From the NCBI GenBank assembly GCA_964247055.1, contig OZ176051.1, positions 11,780,001-11,844,000 on the forward strand: a stretch of 64,000 nucleotides of DNA, in the 5' to 3' direction. The translations under genes and the position numbers were made by a program. This stretch comes from Paragordius varius (lineage: Eukaryota; Animalia; Nematomorpha). The number at the start of each line of letters is the position of its first letter. Position 1 is the stretch's first letter. Below, one piece after another: positions 40,601-52,971 of the stretch. The notes below the pieces were generated by a model. That model was not told where the DNA came from and searched no databases. It was given only the letters and a program-made list of their open reading frames with translations.

Positions 40601-42297
40601 CGTCGAATAGAACATTTTATATTTGGCCCAATATAATATTTGAAATTGTTTTAGTACAAGAAACTAGCTTTTAGTTAAGTAATTTATTTTTCGGTTTTCC
40701 AAATGGCAGTAACATAAAATATTCTTAAATTATATTTATATTGATAAGATTCCTAAGTTCCGATTTTAAGAACAAGAAGACTTTATGTTTGTTGTTTGTA
40801 ATTAAAACTTTACAGGTCATAACTCTTATCGTCCCATGTTTATATATTAGTACGACTGACCAAAAAACCATTTCAGTTGATTAATAATAACCGTGGATAG
40901 ACACTCATACATTTACTAGTTCCGTGTCACGCCTCGCTGACTTAGTCGACAATATCATTACATTTATTGTATAGATATTTTTAAATAAACAAAAAAATTT
41001 ACTAGCGCAGACATAATCTTTATGTTTAGAAGCGAATTTAACAAAAGGATGCGGTTAAAAAGACTAATGACTAAAAGATTTTGCCAAATAGAAGTTAGTA
41101 ATATAAATATTGTATCCATTGTTCATGTTCTATTCAATCCGGAAAAAATCTTACAATACATGTAATTTTAATATGGTGGCTTATCTAAAATTGAGTGCCG
41201 TCTCCTAACCACGTGTTAATTAATTTATATAGTTTAAGCTAGCATAAGTGCCACGTTATTATAATTGGGTCTAGAAAATATCAAGATATGAAATAATTTT
41301 TTGACAAGAAACATAAATAAAATTATGCGTTAATACTTAATATCTGAATCAAACGCCAGGATAAGTTTTTGGTCACGCCAATTTATTATTTCTCTTTCCT
41401 GAAAAATAACCAGTTTTGTGACATAATGAATAAATTTAAAATAAATTTATAGCTCTCCAAACTCCGATTAAATCATTTAAAAGCATAATATTTACGGCAG
41501 TGTTAAAAAATTATTATATTTTATATAGTAGCTAAAAATCATTATTTTTATATTTGCATGGCCTATATATATATATATAGTTTATGCTTTGTCTCATATA
41601 TTCAACGAATATTATTTGTTAGAATACAACCTATAGTTTTGCTTTCTATTAAAAAAACTTATATTCGATCTTAAAATGCTGAATAACTTAATTTTAAAAA
41701 ATATAATTATAATTTGCTCGTTTTTTGATCAAAATTTTCTAAAAAAATATATATTAGCCCTATTAGTTAAATTTTTACTCGCTTGTTTAACACTGTTCAA
41801 AAATTTGTTATATCCGCCATGGCTTTAATGTAAGTGAAGTGACCTTTTCAACAAAGGCCTCCACAATTTACGTAAAATCGAATCGAATCGCATAATATAT
41901 ATAATAATCATTTTGTTAATGTTTATCTTTACACATTAGAGACGTCAATAACAATTTAACCTTGTATATCGACCAAATTTATATTATTGCGATAGAAAAT
42001 TATACCCCACGCACATACGATACTACCTTAGAACCTATTGCAATTTTGTCAATTTTGGTTATGTGTATATTATTTCAAGGTTGTTGTACGAACTTAAAAA
42101 CTACCTTTAAAAAACTTTTGATACGTGAGCCCGTTAAAATATTATCCTCGTAAAAAAGTTTATCAAAGGGAGTTAATCGGTGTTTTTTTTAATATCCAAG
42201 GTCAATATTTCCGGTTTTGGCAATGTATAATTGTTTGTTTGGGTGTTTTTTTAGTTTTTTGGGCAAATATTTACAAAACTCAATAAGGACATCCAAA

Positions 42298-42328
<31 letters not shown>

Positions 42329-44742
42329 AGTGACATTTCTTATATATATTCATTTTTTTGATTAAACATTTATTACTAAAAATTTTATCCCATGAAATCA
42401 ATTTTGTTTCAATTTATTGCTGTCCTCGGGATCATATCAATTAATGAATGTCAATGGCGTGTTCACAATGTTAGGACGAATACTAATACACGTAAGTGAT
42501 ACTGTTTGTAATAAATTTGGGTATGTATTGATTGAAAAATGGTGTATAAAATGTTATAATTAGTAAGTTAAAAAATGGAGGTTTGCAAATGATACAATTC
42601 TATAAAATACATTTCAAGGACATTTCTTTTTGTATATTATCAGTAAAACATAATAATAATTATAATTCTGAAAACTTAATAGCATTGCAAAAACATTGGT
42701 TGCATTTTTTATTTTTAAATTTAGTGTTATAAACGTCGCGATTCGAGTCCTAAATTCCACTGAACCGCACATACCGACATCAGCAGTCGGCGCGTAACCA
42801 TGATAAAAATTGGATTATAAATTTATGTCGAAATAATTCTATGTTTAAAGACACTATTAATCTCTTAAATTTGGTAACAGCGCTAACATATTACCTCTTT
42901 AAATACACTGATTTTATAATGTTTTTGTTTCAAAATAATATTTACCAAAAGATATATCTCAGGAACCGGAACAATTTTTGTACCGGGAGAATAGTTTTTT
43001 CAAAACCGTTTTACAACCCAAAGAAATAACTAAGAATTTCAAAACTGCGATTAAACCTTTATCAGACAGCTACTTCTCTAATTTGATTTAATTTGTTGAT
43101 TTATAAGACATAAAAATTAATTTTATATACATTATTTATTTTTTATCCTAATTATTAGTCTATTTTAAAAATGGTATAAAACGAATGGTATCCAAAAAAT
43201 TAATTATAGAATTTATGCCTAAAGAACAGTTTTTTTTTCCTAAAAAAATTCTGAGCCAAGGGTAAATTGAACTTTGAACGAGAAGCAAAGAGGGCGCTTT
43301 AAATTCCTAGTCTATGTATGTATATGTAATATCCGTAAAGCATTACATATAAAACTATTTATATGTGCTTTTTAGTGCTCATCTTAAGTGGACCCATTCA
43401 TTGTTCAGTATTCTTTTGAACCGTAACTTATCTGTGATATTCAGATTTTGTGAATATATAATTGATAACATCCAAAACGTAAGAAACCGATCTGACACCT
43501 ATTTAATCAGAACGTTCAAAAAAACATTTAGAAAATTTTTGATAAACAAAAAGGCGGGCCGCATAAAGCCTGATATGTTTTTTTCTAATAGTTAAATAAC
43601 TTAAAGAGCGAAACTGGCCAATTTTTAATCCCAAAAACGTATTTTAGCCAATATATTAATCTCTTAAAGTTAAAATCCCGATAATTTAAATGGACAAAAA
43701 ATATAGAATTGTTAATGACAACTTTATGTGGTTTATGTATATTATCGTTAAAAATATATTATTACCTGGTTTTATAACAAAAATTTATTGTTAAATATGA
43801 TTCTAGATCATATAAAATTATTTTATAACATTGTTAATATTTTATAATTATAATATATTATACAGCTCGGTGCACAATTTCTTACAATGGAAAAAATGAA
43901 GTTTTGGATCGAACCCTAACCCTATCAATAAGTAAGTTTTGTTTTTTTATTCTTCCAAGAACCACATAATTTTATATATACTCACTACTTACCAATACCA
44001 ATAAATAATAATTATACTAAAATATATGTAAAATACGATAAAGTTTTAATATCCAACCTTATTATATTAAAGTTTTTTATATTGAATATATATAATTTAA
44101 TAGAGCATATTTAACGCCGAGTAATTTACAAAATTAGTCCCATTAATCGGGAACAAGGTTACGCGATAAAATATCGTAAGCTCATTCGCAAATATTTAAT
44201 CAATTGACTAAAGAATAAAATGATATTATATATGTATATCAAAATTTGGGGGGTATTTATGTCGAAAATTTCGATATGCATTTATTTTATCGTTTGAATC
44301 TCAATTTTTCCCATTCTAAAAGTCCCGTTTTCCCCATAAAAAAAATCTCTAAAAAACTTGCACACACAGAATTTAACCATGCTAAAATGAGTACTAATAT
44401 ATATTAAATTCGATTGAAAATAATTACAACTCTTTTTAATTCTAAAAGTTATTATATTAAAAAAATATATAATTTGGAGTTCAAATTTACGTCGCATTAG
44501 GTGCTAAATCATAAATATGTTTCTGATTTTAAAAATTTATGAAGCAATGTATTCGTATATTGATTTCTTCTCATTGAAATCCAATATGCCACGCATGTTT
44601 CAGATACTTTTGTAAGAAAGGCGCATTCAACAGTTAAATCGAAAATAACGCCAAAAACCAGTTAAGATGTGCGAAATAGATCTGCAAAAAATGCTTTATC
44701 ACAAATTGTTTATTTAATCTGCCATTATATAATATATTATAG

Positions 44743-44820
44743 CTGCCAATAATACTATAATGCTGAACAATTGCAATGTAAAATTAACCGTTAAGCGGGA
44801 CAGGAGAAGGCAAAATTTGG
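44743..44820 (+). CDS. Unassigned gene, copy 1, exon i (78 bp, phase 1-1): ANNTIMLNNCNVKLTVKRDRRRQNL
   Basis: TATAG acceptor, G|GTAAAT donor; same length, phase and homologous peptide as 59,429-59,506. Confidence 0.8.
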
Positions 44821-44915
44821 GTAAATTTTTGATAATTTAAATGAACATTTTCGAAATTATCTTAACAATTATAAGGTTTGAAAGGGCAATACTCATTTTT
44901 ATAATCCTAATTTAG

Positions 44916-45056
44916 TGTTTAATGATGCCATCTCGATTCACAACACGGATAATGCTCAAGCCGGGAAAGGTATAACCTGCGCAAATTTAAATCCTCTGCC
45001 TGCTAACACGGTTACAAAACCTAGAAAACCCAATAGTAATAAACCACCCACTAGAA
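44916..45056 (+). CDS. Unassigned gene, copy 1, exon ii (141 bp): FNDAISIHNTDNAQAGKGITCANLNPLPANTVTKPRKPNSNKPPTR
   Basis: TTTAG acceptor, A|GTATG donor; paralog at 59,604-59,747 with many third-position differences. Confidence 0.85.
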
Positions 45057-45152
45057 GTATGAATTATATAAATATAGTAGGTGTCCAAACAAATGGTTTA
45101 AAAATATGTATTATATTATATATATATATATTTAAATTTCATAAATGTTTAG

Positions 45153-45321
45153 CTACAAAAGCTCCAAAAACCACAACTACTGTTTTTCCCGGAGAATTTT
45201 TTGAGACAGATTTTGACGTTATGGAAAATGAAGAGGAGACAAATAGGGAACCTCTCATTCCTGGATGGAATAGAAACAATGGACGCAGAGGTGGCAGGGG
45301 AGAATTCGAACGTCTCACAAG
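45153..45321 (+). CDS. Unassigned gene, copy 1, exon iii (169 bp): TKAPKTTTTVFPGEFFETDFDVMENEEETNREPLIPGWNRNNGRRGGRGEFERLT
   Basis: GTTTAG acceptor, AG|GTAGTT donor (phase 2); paralog at 61,635-61,797. Confidence 0.82.
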
Positions 45322-45434
45322 GTAGTTAATTTCGCGAAAAATCTTTTTTGAATAACGTGTTTTCAGGTCAATAACGTTTACTTATTAACTAATTCTTCTA
45401 GAGAAAAATTACATATTATTACAAGATTTTAAAG

Positions 45435-45780
45435 CAGTTGTGGCCCACACACAATCCGGTGGCTGCATAAGGTCCTCTAGTTATATACGGCCCGCGAAAA
45501 ATCTGTATCCATAATATGTAAAAATATGCTCGTAAAATTTAAATAAAATCAACATTTTTTAAACAGTTTTTCTAAATTTGTCCATTTAATTGACAATTGT
45601 GTTTTCATTTTACAGTATATTCGAAATCTAATATATTGAATGCCCATATTGACAAAAACTATAAATATAGTCGTTTTACAGTATATTCGAAAAATATATT
45701 GACCCATGTATACAAATGCGGTTCGCCATTTTTTGGGTTAAAAATGCGGCCCGCGAAGATATTTGTATGGCTAAAATAAT
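45435..45780. mobile_element. Possible hAT-type MITE remnant in an intron
   Basis: Begins CAGTTGTGGCCCAC and carries GGCCCGCG motifs twice (~45,490 and ~45,748), resembling hAT MITE ends. No matching second TIR was found. Confidence 0.3.
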
Positions 45781-46284
45781 AAAAAAAATTTAAAAAACTA
45801 TGTTACTCGTTTTTAATACAATAAATATTTTTTTCCGACATTATTACACATAGTTTTTATTTCAAAAATTCTGACACTATTTTTCTATTAAATTTCAGTT
45901 CTGGTTCTAAAAAAATATTATTCTTTCGTTTATAGAATTCATCAAGATTGTTCGAGATTGCTTTTTGATTTTTAATATTTGCATCAACACAACTTTGTGG
46001 ATTCTTTTCATATAAAATGCTCCGATATTGCGGGAAAAATACCTTGTTATATATATATATATATATAATCTGATAGTAATATGTAACAGGATTATTTTGG
46101 TGCTTTTGATTTTGATCCTAACGAGTGATTAAAGTATTATCATTTTTGATGTAACTGTTCCATATCAATTTTTTTAGTGATAACTAGAAACTACATTCCA
46201 AAAAATATCATTAAAATATAACACAGACTACATTATAAAACATATTAAAATAATTTTTAGATGTATGCTACTAATGTCCAAACT

Positions 46285-46870
46285 TTTTTTGCTCTTCTAA
46301 AAGGGTTAGTTATCTTAAAAACGAAATGCCGTGATTGCATGATAATAATTTCATATATATGCTAAATTTTGATATAAAATATATTTTAAACAATATAATA
46401 TTTTTAAAAATTTAATTTTAGCAAAATTTTCATGAAGCGTGCCTTATTTTATTTTGAGGTATGATAGAAACGGGTTAAAAACGCTTTAAGATATTATAAA
46501 AACATCTCTCCCGAATTTCTTTCATTATGAATTATTGTAAAAAACACAATTTATATATAACAAAAATTTAAGGATGCCCGAATAATTTAATAAAATTCTG
46601 GGTGATAGTATTGTTCATCATCATCGATTAAAAAGAAAAGTTGTTTTTATTATATTTTAAAGCGTTTTTATAACGTTTCCATCAATACTCAAAATAACAT
46701 CAGGTACACTTCAACAAAATATCGCAAATTTTCTTGAATAAAGAATGCATTAAAAATATTTTCATTTGATTTCAAACTTTAGCCTTATTTTTATCGCGCA
46801 TCCCCGCATTGTGTTTATTTTAGAAGAACATTTTAGAAGCGCGAAAAAATTTGTGAATTTTTAAAATATT
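46285..46870. mobile_element. Family B long-inverted-repeat MITE in an intron
   Basis: Arms of ~215 bp (46,285-46,500 versus 46,655-46,870) are imperfect reverse complements (e.g. AAAAACGCTTTAA/TTAAAGCGTTTTT; CTTCTAAAA/TTTTAGAAG) around a ~150-bp spacer. Confidence 0.6.
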
Positions 46871-47082
46871 TTTTTGCTTTTTTTATGCAGTTTATATATA
46901 TTTTAATGATATGTTTTGGAAGAAGCAACTACTTTTCACCAAAAATTTTTAGATTTTGGATCAAACAAATACTAAGTTTGATACGAAATATATAAGTCTT
47001 TTATTTGATTTGTAAAATGTTTCGCTGCACTTTTTTTTAAACTTAAATTATATATATAAATAAATTTTAATGTGTTTAACAG

Positions 47083-47242
47083 AAATAAGAGAAGTGGAAT
47101 GGGGGCTCTAAATCCATATGATGCATCGTGTTATACGTCGGGAAAACCTTATACCATAATAAAGGAAACGCAAAGTTTGGCCGACGATACAGTTAATTTG
47201 GAAAACATAATTTATGTCGGTTGTGGTGCAACAAAGATACAG
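47083..47242 (+). CDS. Unassigned gene, copy 1, exon iv (160 bp): NKRSGMGALNPYDASCYTSGKPYTIIKETQSLADDTVNLENIIYVGCGATKIQ
   Basis: TTAACAG acceptor, CAG|GTAATT donor; same length as the paralog at 63,412-63,571 and strongly conserved with it. Confidence 0.87.
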
Positions 47243-47316
47243 GTAATTAATGCTTTATTTTGCGATATTTAATTATATTAAAACAAAGAGATAACGATTA
47301 AAATTTTTTATTCTAG

Positions 47317-47387
47317 TTTTATGGAATATTAAATGCTAATCACCATTTTATTACAAACTTCTGAGGAAACAATTTCGAAAATATAAG
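47317..47387 (+). CDS. Candidate exon v of copy 1 (FYGILNANHHFITNF*), with an in-frame TGA at 47,362
   Basis: Follows a 74-bp GT..TTCTAG intron and ends at AG|GTGACT. All three frames contain a stop. No paralog is available in the window to confirm it. Confidence 0.4.
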
Positions 47388-48940
47388 GTGACTTAAATCT
47401 TGGATTATAATTATATTTGTCAATAATATTATGATTATAATAAAAAATTTAACACCCTTAAACTTTTCAATTAACCAATTAAAACTTTATCATCATTCTT
47501 AACACTCTATAGCCTTTGATAGTTTATACTGCATTTTTTTATAAATAGAATATCTTATAAAACATATTTAGCATTAGACTTTTTTAGAGGGAATACAATT
47601 TAAAAAATTGTAAAAAATCTTAATCTCACACTTTTTTGCCACCATTATTATTCGCTAATACAACAGGCAAGTAAATGTAAATTATGGTTTAATATAAATC
47701 ATGATTCTTGAAAAGCTTTCAAATCACAATCTACCAGCAAGTTTTTGATTTTTTATCAGCTGTTTGTCTCTATCATATTTTAAAGCTATCCGAATCAGTA
47801 TAGTAGTAAAAAACTGTAAAAATTTTAAGTTTTTTATTTAATACAGGAGAATAGGGCTTGGTAATTAAATTTTAACCAAAAAAAAAGTTTTAAAACAGTG
47901 GTTTGTTTATATAACTTTAAGGGAGGTGGAAACTACTCCATAATGACAAATGCGTAAAAATGGATATGAAATAAAGTGTTAGCCATTTTGATCCCCAAAA
48001 ATTACGACCTTAAATTGCTAGTATTTTGGGGCTTTTTGAACCCCCGTTTGTTAACTTTAAAACTTGAAAATAAAATAATATAATTAATTTTAAATTTTAT
48101 TTTTAAAAATATAAGTGCATAAACTAATATGTGTTTAAAAAAGTATAAAGTTGCGTCTTCCAGATGAAAAGAATTAGTTTTTATATCGTGACAAAATAAA
48201 GTTTTAGCTTTATATTTCATAAATATTTTTGTTTAATTTATTATTATATTAAATTATCATTATCCAAAATTATAACAAACAGATTAACTAGTCCGGCCTT
48301 AACTTTTTTAAAGAGATTTTTTACTCCATTTGCACTTTTTAAGATTTATTTAGCTATCACCAAAAATCACTAATAATATTTAGAGGCTAAGCATAAAATT
48401 TATCATAATTATAAAAAATACTTTATGTGCTTAAAAGCCCACACAATGCATATTTTAAATTTTGACTAAAAAAATACTTGGAAAATGTTTTACAATTGCA
48501 TCGCTGTATGGGAGAAACATTACCCATATGTAAAGGGAAAAATTAAACGTTTATATAAGTATGAATTTGGTATTTTTAAGGATGAATTCAAAGTGTAATG
48601 GTATATATTATTTAGTATTTTTTATATATTGACGATTCTTTTTTTATCCACTAGTCTATTTTGCCAAATGCTGGAAAAATTACAATACTCATCGAAAGAA
48701 CGCGCGGCAATGCTCAAAACAACTACTATCATTTTCGATTAAGATATTAATTATATTATAAATAAAGTTTTTGAATAATAAATGTGGCATTGAATATATT
48801 TGCGTACATATTTTATTGTAAAATTTGGAATCAATCAAAATGGTAATGATTTTAAATTTACGATAAATAACTATCATAGTTGTGGTAATCTAATTTACTA
48901 TACTTTTTAAAGAGTAACTCTATTCTAAAATTCTATTAAA

Positions 48941-49190
48941 CACTGTATACAACACATTCATTTCTGTCCTTCGATTTAAATTAGGGGAGTCAGGCTTGTT
49001 TAAAATTAAATATTTCAAAAAATATGGAATAAATTGAAACCCTAGCAAAAGTTTGCACTTTATATAACTTTAATAAACCGAAATATAAAGAAATACATTC
49101 AAAAATACTTGATATTACTTATGCAGATATAAAACCCAAAAAATTTAGCCATATGTAGCATAAGCCAAATATAAAATAATGCAATAACAC
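48941..49190 (+). mobile_element. MITE family A, divergent partial copy
   Basis: CACTGTATACAACACATTCATTTCTGTCCTTCGATTTAAAT..GCAAAAGTTTGCACTTTATATAAC resembles the start of the copy at 36,703. Confidence 0.6.
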
Positions 49191-49483
49191 TTAAATTATA
49201 AAAAACGTTTTATTATACTTAAAGGGTTTTTATACCGTTTCTACCATGCTTCATACCATAAAACACGCTATCATTTCGCTAAATTTATATTTTTACGCAA
49301 AATATACATTTTGATGTCATAATTTTATTTTATGATAAATATTCGTCATATTTTTTGAAATGAAGCAGCGAAATAAGGAAAAGTTTTAACATTTTCTAAG
49401 AATTAGTTACTCAAAAAGTGGTAACCTTCCTAAATCGTAAGGTCAAAAACCAAAAGCACTATGATATTGATACATTTTTCTTT

Positions 49484-49486
<3 letters not shown>

Positions 49487-49532
<46 letters not shown>
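49487..49532. repeat. (AT)23 microsatellite
   Basis: Read directly from the sequence. Confidence 0.98.
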
Positions 49533-49538
<6 letters not shown>

Positions 49539-49789
49539 CAGCATATTTTTTGTGTGCACTGTGTTTACTCGAAACATTTATATTGACAATACATTCCTAT
49601 TAGCTCCTACCTCCATGCGACTGGCCAGTCTGGCTATACATGGACTTAAAATGAAAAATAAAATTTAAAAATGGTATTCAAAAGGAAGTCAAAAAATCAA
49701 TAAGACAAAAATATATAATAAACAATACAGATAAACCAGGAGTAATAATATGTAATTACCGGTAAATAAAAAAGTATTAACGAAAAATA

Positions 49790-50700
49790 ATCTTTTTTAC
49801 ACAGATGCCATCTTGTTCATCTGACATTAAACGGAAATAGTCTTGTTAAATTTTGTGCCTAAAAACAACATTTGCGGCATGCATTGCTTTTCCTAATCCA
49901 TCAGAAAAAGGGGATTTATCGTTTGTTAATTAAAACATACGGTAAAATTTCCACTATAAATTCACTTTCCTATTACTTTCAGACCTCTACTGGTTTGTGA
50001 TACATGCGATGATTATAGCCGTTGAGTTTGAGTTGACTCATCATCCAATAATGCATGCAATTTATCGTATTTACAGATGTCTGGCCTGCTAAATAGCGCC
50101 CAATCTCCGCTCACATTAAGATTACAACTTTTGAGTTTTTGAAGCCAAGTTTATTTGAGTCTTACAGTGTAAAATCCAAAATGGTAATAATTTTTTAGAT
50201 CCTACTTCAGCATTAAGAAAGAATCCTTGCATCGTTGGGAGGGGTAATGAGAAACGGTTTTTTGCAAATTAAAGAGTAAAAATCGCAGCTTTAACTTGAC
50301 AAGCCGGTTTATGAACACCTAAGTCAAATCACTTTGATAAGATATACCATGCGATGCTACAAGTGGAACCACGGTATTGTGTATTATGTGAAAATCGTTG
50401 AACCGTTAATACACATATTATCGTAAGCGATTGATTAATTTAAACCAGGCATAAATCGAAAAACGACCGGACTATTCCAGAAGACATAGCAAAGCTTGCT
50501 AGGAGATGCTTCGTCCTTAGAGCAAAAGAAGTAAAAAACAGTTTGGAAAGTTCTTCCGCGTCCGTACAAGTGTCATCTGACTATTATATCGATTAATAGG
50601 GCACATCCTCGTATAAAAACTCGAATAATTTCGAACAGGTTGGACAATGGTTTGTTAAACAAGACAAACAGTATATCTAGCACAATCAAAATGTGTAAAA
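49790..50700 (+). mobile_element. Degenerate mariner transposon with an internally inverted segment
   Basis: Plus strand: NFVP.(K)QHLRHALLFLIHQKK..YRLLIKTYG (first HTH). Minus strand 49,946-50,180: WLQKLKS..SRPD..DKLHALLDDESTQTQ..VSQ..LKVIGK (linker and second HTH). Plus strand again: LHR..GNEK..NHFDK..GIVYY..TVNT..RLINLNQA..KRPDY..SDYY..QWFVKQD. All are collinear with Mos1-type transposases. Many stops and frameshifts. Confidence 0.85.
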
Positions 50701-50701
50701 T

Positions 50702-50706
<5 letters not shown>

Positions 50707-50742
<36 letters not shown>
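50707..50742. repeat. (TA)18 microsatellite at the 3' end of the mariner remnant
   Basis: Read directly from the sequence. Confidence 0.98.
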
Positions 50743-50746
<4 letters not shown>

Positions 50747-51949
50747 GAATGAATAAGATACAATAATTATCATCACCCCAAATATATAATGATTAAGATT
50801 TTGTTATACAGTCAAAAATATAAAAAAATTTATAATATATAGATAATGGTGTTCATTGTTTAATTTATCAAAAAATGTTTGCATTTTAATTATTATTATG
50901 TTATTTTCGCACCATCACAATATATCCTTAATGGCTATTTTTATTTTGTAAAAGTATGTTACACGGTGCGCAACTTACAATAAATATAACTAAAGAATCA
51001 TAAATATCATTCGACAGTTAAATTATGATAACGATAATACATGTGATTAATCGGTTAAAATACGATAAAAAATCATTTTACTACTTTAACTATTAGTCGA
51101 AATCAAAAAATCTTTTTATCGTTAATCATCTAAAAAAATGAATTACTAATGGGGACCCATTAACTAAATTTTATTTGTTGATATATAATATAAAAGCATA
51201 TAATCCTAAACGCAAAATACTATCAATGAAAATTTATATTTTTTAGAGGTTACTATGACTCTAAGATAATTATAAAATCGCATTACGTCAAATTCGAAAT
51301 GGGGTAAAATTTTAATTTTTTTTTAACTATCATATATTTACTAAACATATAAAGTCCCAATATATGGCGTTTGAAAAATATATAAACAAATTAACTAATT
51401 TACAAAGCAGGTGTAGGGTATAATTTTTATAAAATCTCCATTAAATATTGTTAATACTTTTTATACAATCTGATGCATAAAACATCTATAAAATCGGTTT
51501 TTTCATTTAAAAAATTGTTTTACCAGAATATTGGGATTGAATAATTTGATGCAATTTTGGCTCTGATCAATTTTTGAGAATCCAATTAAATGGATAAATG
51601 ATTCTTTCTTCACCGAAACATATGGGAATATTAATGTGACCAGATATTAAAAACCCTAACGCAGTACAAAATTAAGACATACTTTGCCTATTTTTTACAC
51701 CAGATTTTTGGAGTGTAATAATATATGTTGTTCGTTACCATTCATAAGCTCATTAGAAACAATAAAAATATCTAACAAATAAATTTATTATAAAAAATAT
51801 AAATGTATGTACATATAATTATATCATATGTTTAATATATGGATATATAATAATAATGGTATATTTGTTTTAACTGCTAACAAAATTGTAAACAATATTA
51901 TTAATATATGAAATATAGGGAACAATCTTGGTTATATGATTTTGCTGTG

Positions 51950-52290
51950 CAGATAGAATCATTCACACACGATCTTATAAGGTTTTGTTCCATAGCTTTT
52001 TGAAAAGTATTAGAACATTTTAATTGGGTTGTCCTAAATCGATTGATTCGAAAAGATATTGAATTATCATTTAAAATGCGTTAATGAATTTGAACTTTTT
52101 GATGAAATAAGTTATTTGAAATTAGACGTGGATGAGAAAAAGATACATGAATGGATTGGTTAGAATTTTTTACACAAAATCTAGTTGATAAACAAAATAT
52201 GGACTACTGAAAAAACACAACTCACAATAGATACCTTAAAAGCAATTGTAATAGTCAAACATAATACAGAAGATAATTGTGAAGCTTGAG
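51950..52290 (+). mobile_element. hAT-superfamily transposase C-terminal fragments (degenerate)
   Basis: Fragmentary frames EKVLEHF, NEFELFDEISYLKLDVDEKKIHEW and NKIWTTEKTQLTIDTLKAIVIVKHNTEDNCEA, the last resembling the hAT C-terminal dimerisation region. Confidence 0.7.
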
Positions 52291-52371
52291 TCTAACCCAA
52301 TCAATGTTATATGACGTGACATATAATTAATTATTATTTTATAATAGCAATAATAATATAAAAATAATAAA

Positions 52372-52971
52372 TTATATATATTTTTCAGATTTATGTATTT
52401 GTCCCAATTGCGATATTTTATCTAAAAAAGCTTCACAATTTTCTTCTGTATTATGTTTAACTATTACAATTGCTTTTAAGGTAACTATTATCCAAATATT
52501 TGTTCTAAAGCCTTCAATATGATGAAAGTAGTGGATTAATATTGGAAGTAGTTTTTTCCCGTTGATTGTCGAAGTTTCAGTAAAAACCGAGATGTATTTG
52601 GCTTTACAAATTTCCTCACTAAGTGTTTGAACAGTGTATGGGTAAAACACGTTTTTTAATATGGCTTCGGATTTTGTGCGGCTACATGCAAATTTAGCTT
52701 CAAAAAGTTTTTGGATCAATTTCGACGTACACTCCATTGACCTGAAACTTTGATTATGTTGAATTGTATGAAAAACCCAGGAGGCCTCACCCAGTGCAAT
52801 CAGTTTCGCACTTGAATCAAATTTTTATTTTGTAAAAATATTCGATAATTTTTTATACATCAAAGCAGATGTTTCTAGTAATTTATGCTTTTCGGTGGCC
52901 AAATGTCTTGTAATATCAGATGATCCCCCCGATTTAAATGAAAATCGGCTTCCACAAATATTGCAATGTAC
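52372..52971 (-). pseudogene. Internally deleted hAT-superfamily transposase pseudogene (BED-like zinc finger fused to the C-terminal region)
   Basis: After a TTAAAATAG acceptor: VHCNICGSRFSFKSGGSSDITRHLATEKH (C-x2-C..H-x5-H), one TAA, then FHTIQHNQSFRSMECTSKLIQKLF..FACSRTKSEAILKNV..P..KKLLPILIHYF, joined directly to TLKAIVIVKHNTEENCEAF..QIHKSEKY. Confidence 0.82.

Noticed and set aside
40912-40950. Helitron 3' end (GC-rich stretch then CTAG|T on the minus strand)
   Set aside because: The hairpin is weak, and no 5' TC end or second copy was found in the window.
43911-43926. CCCTAACCCTA as an interstitial telomere seed
   Set aside because: Fewer than two full copies; expected by chance.
47190-47242. 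IIYVGCG read as a SAM-methyltransferase motif I or a CAP-domain VGCG motif
   Set aside because: The second glycine of motif I (GCGxG) and the CAP HYTQ..W context are both absent; the match is too short to assign.
50355-50440. PRYCVLCEN..TVNTHII read as a LINE C-terminal zinc knuckle
   Set aside because: The neighbouring frames (GIVYY, TVNT, RLINLNQA, KRPDY) are collinear with a mariner catalytic domain, which explains the region better.
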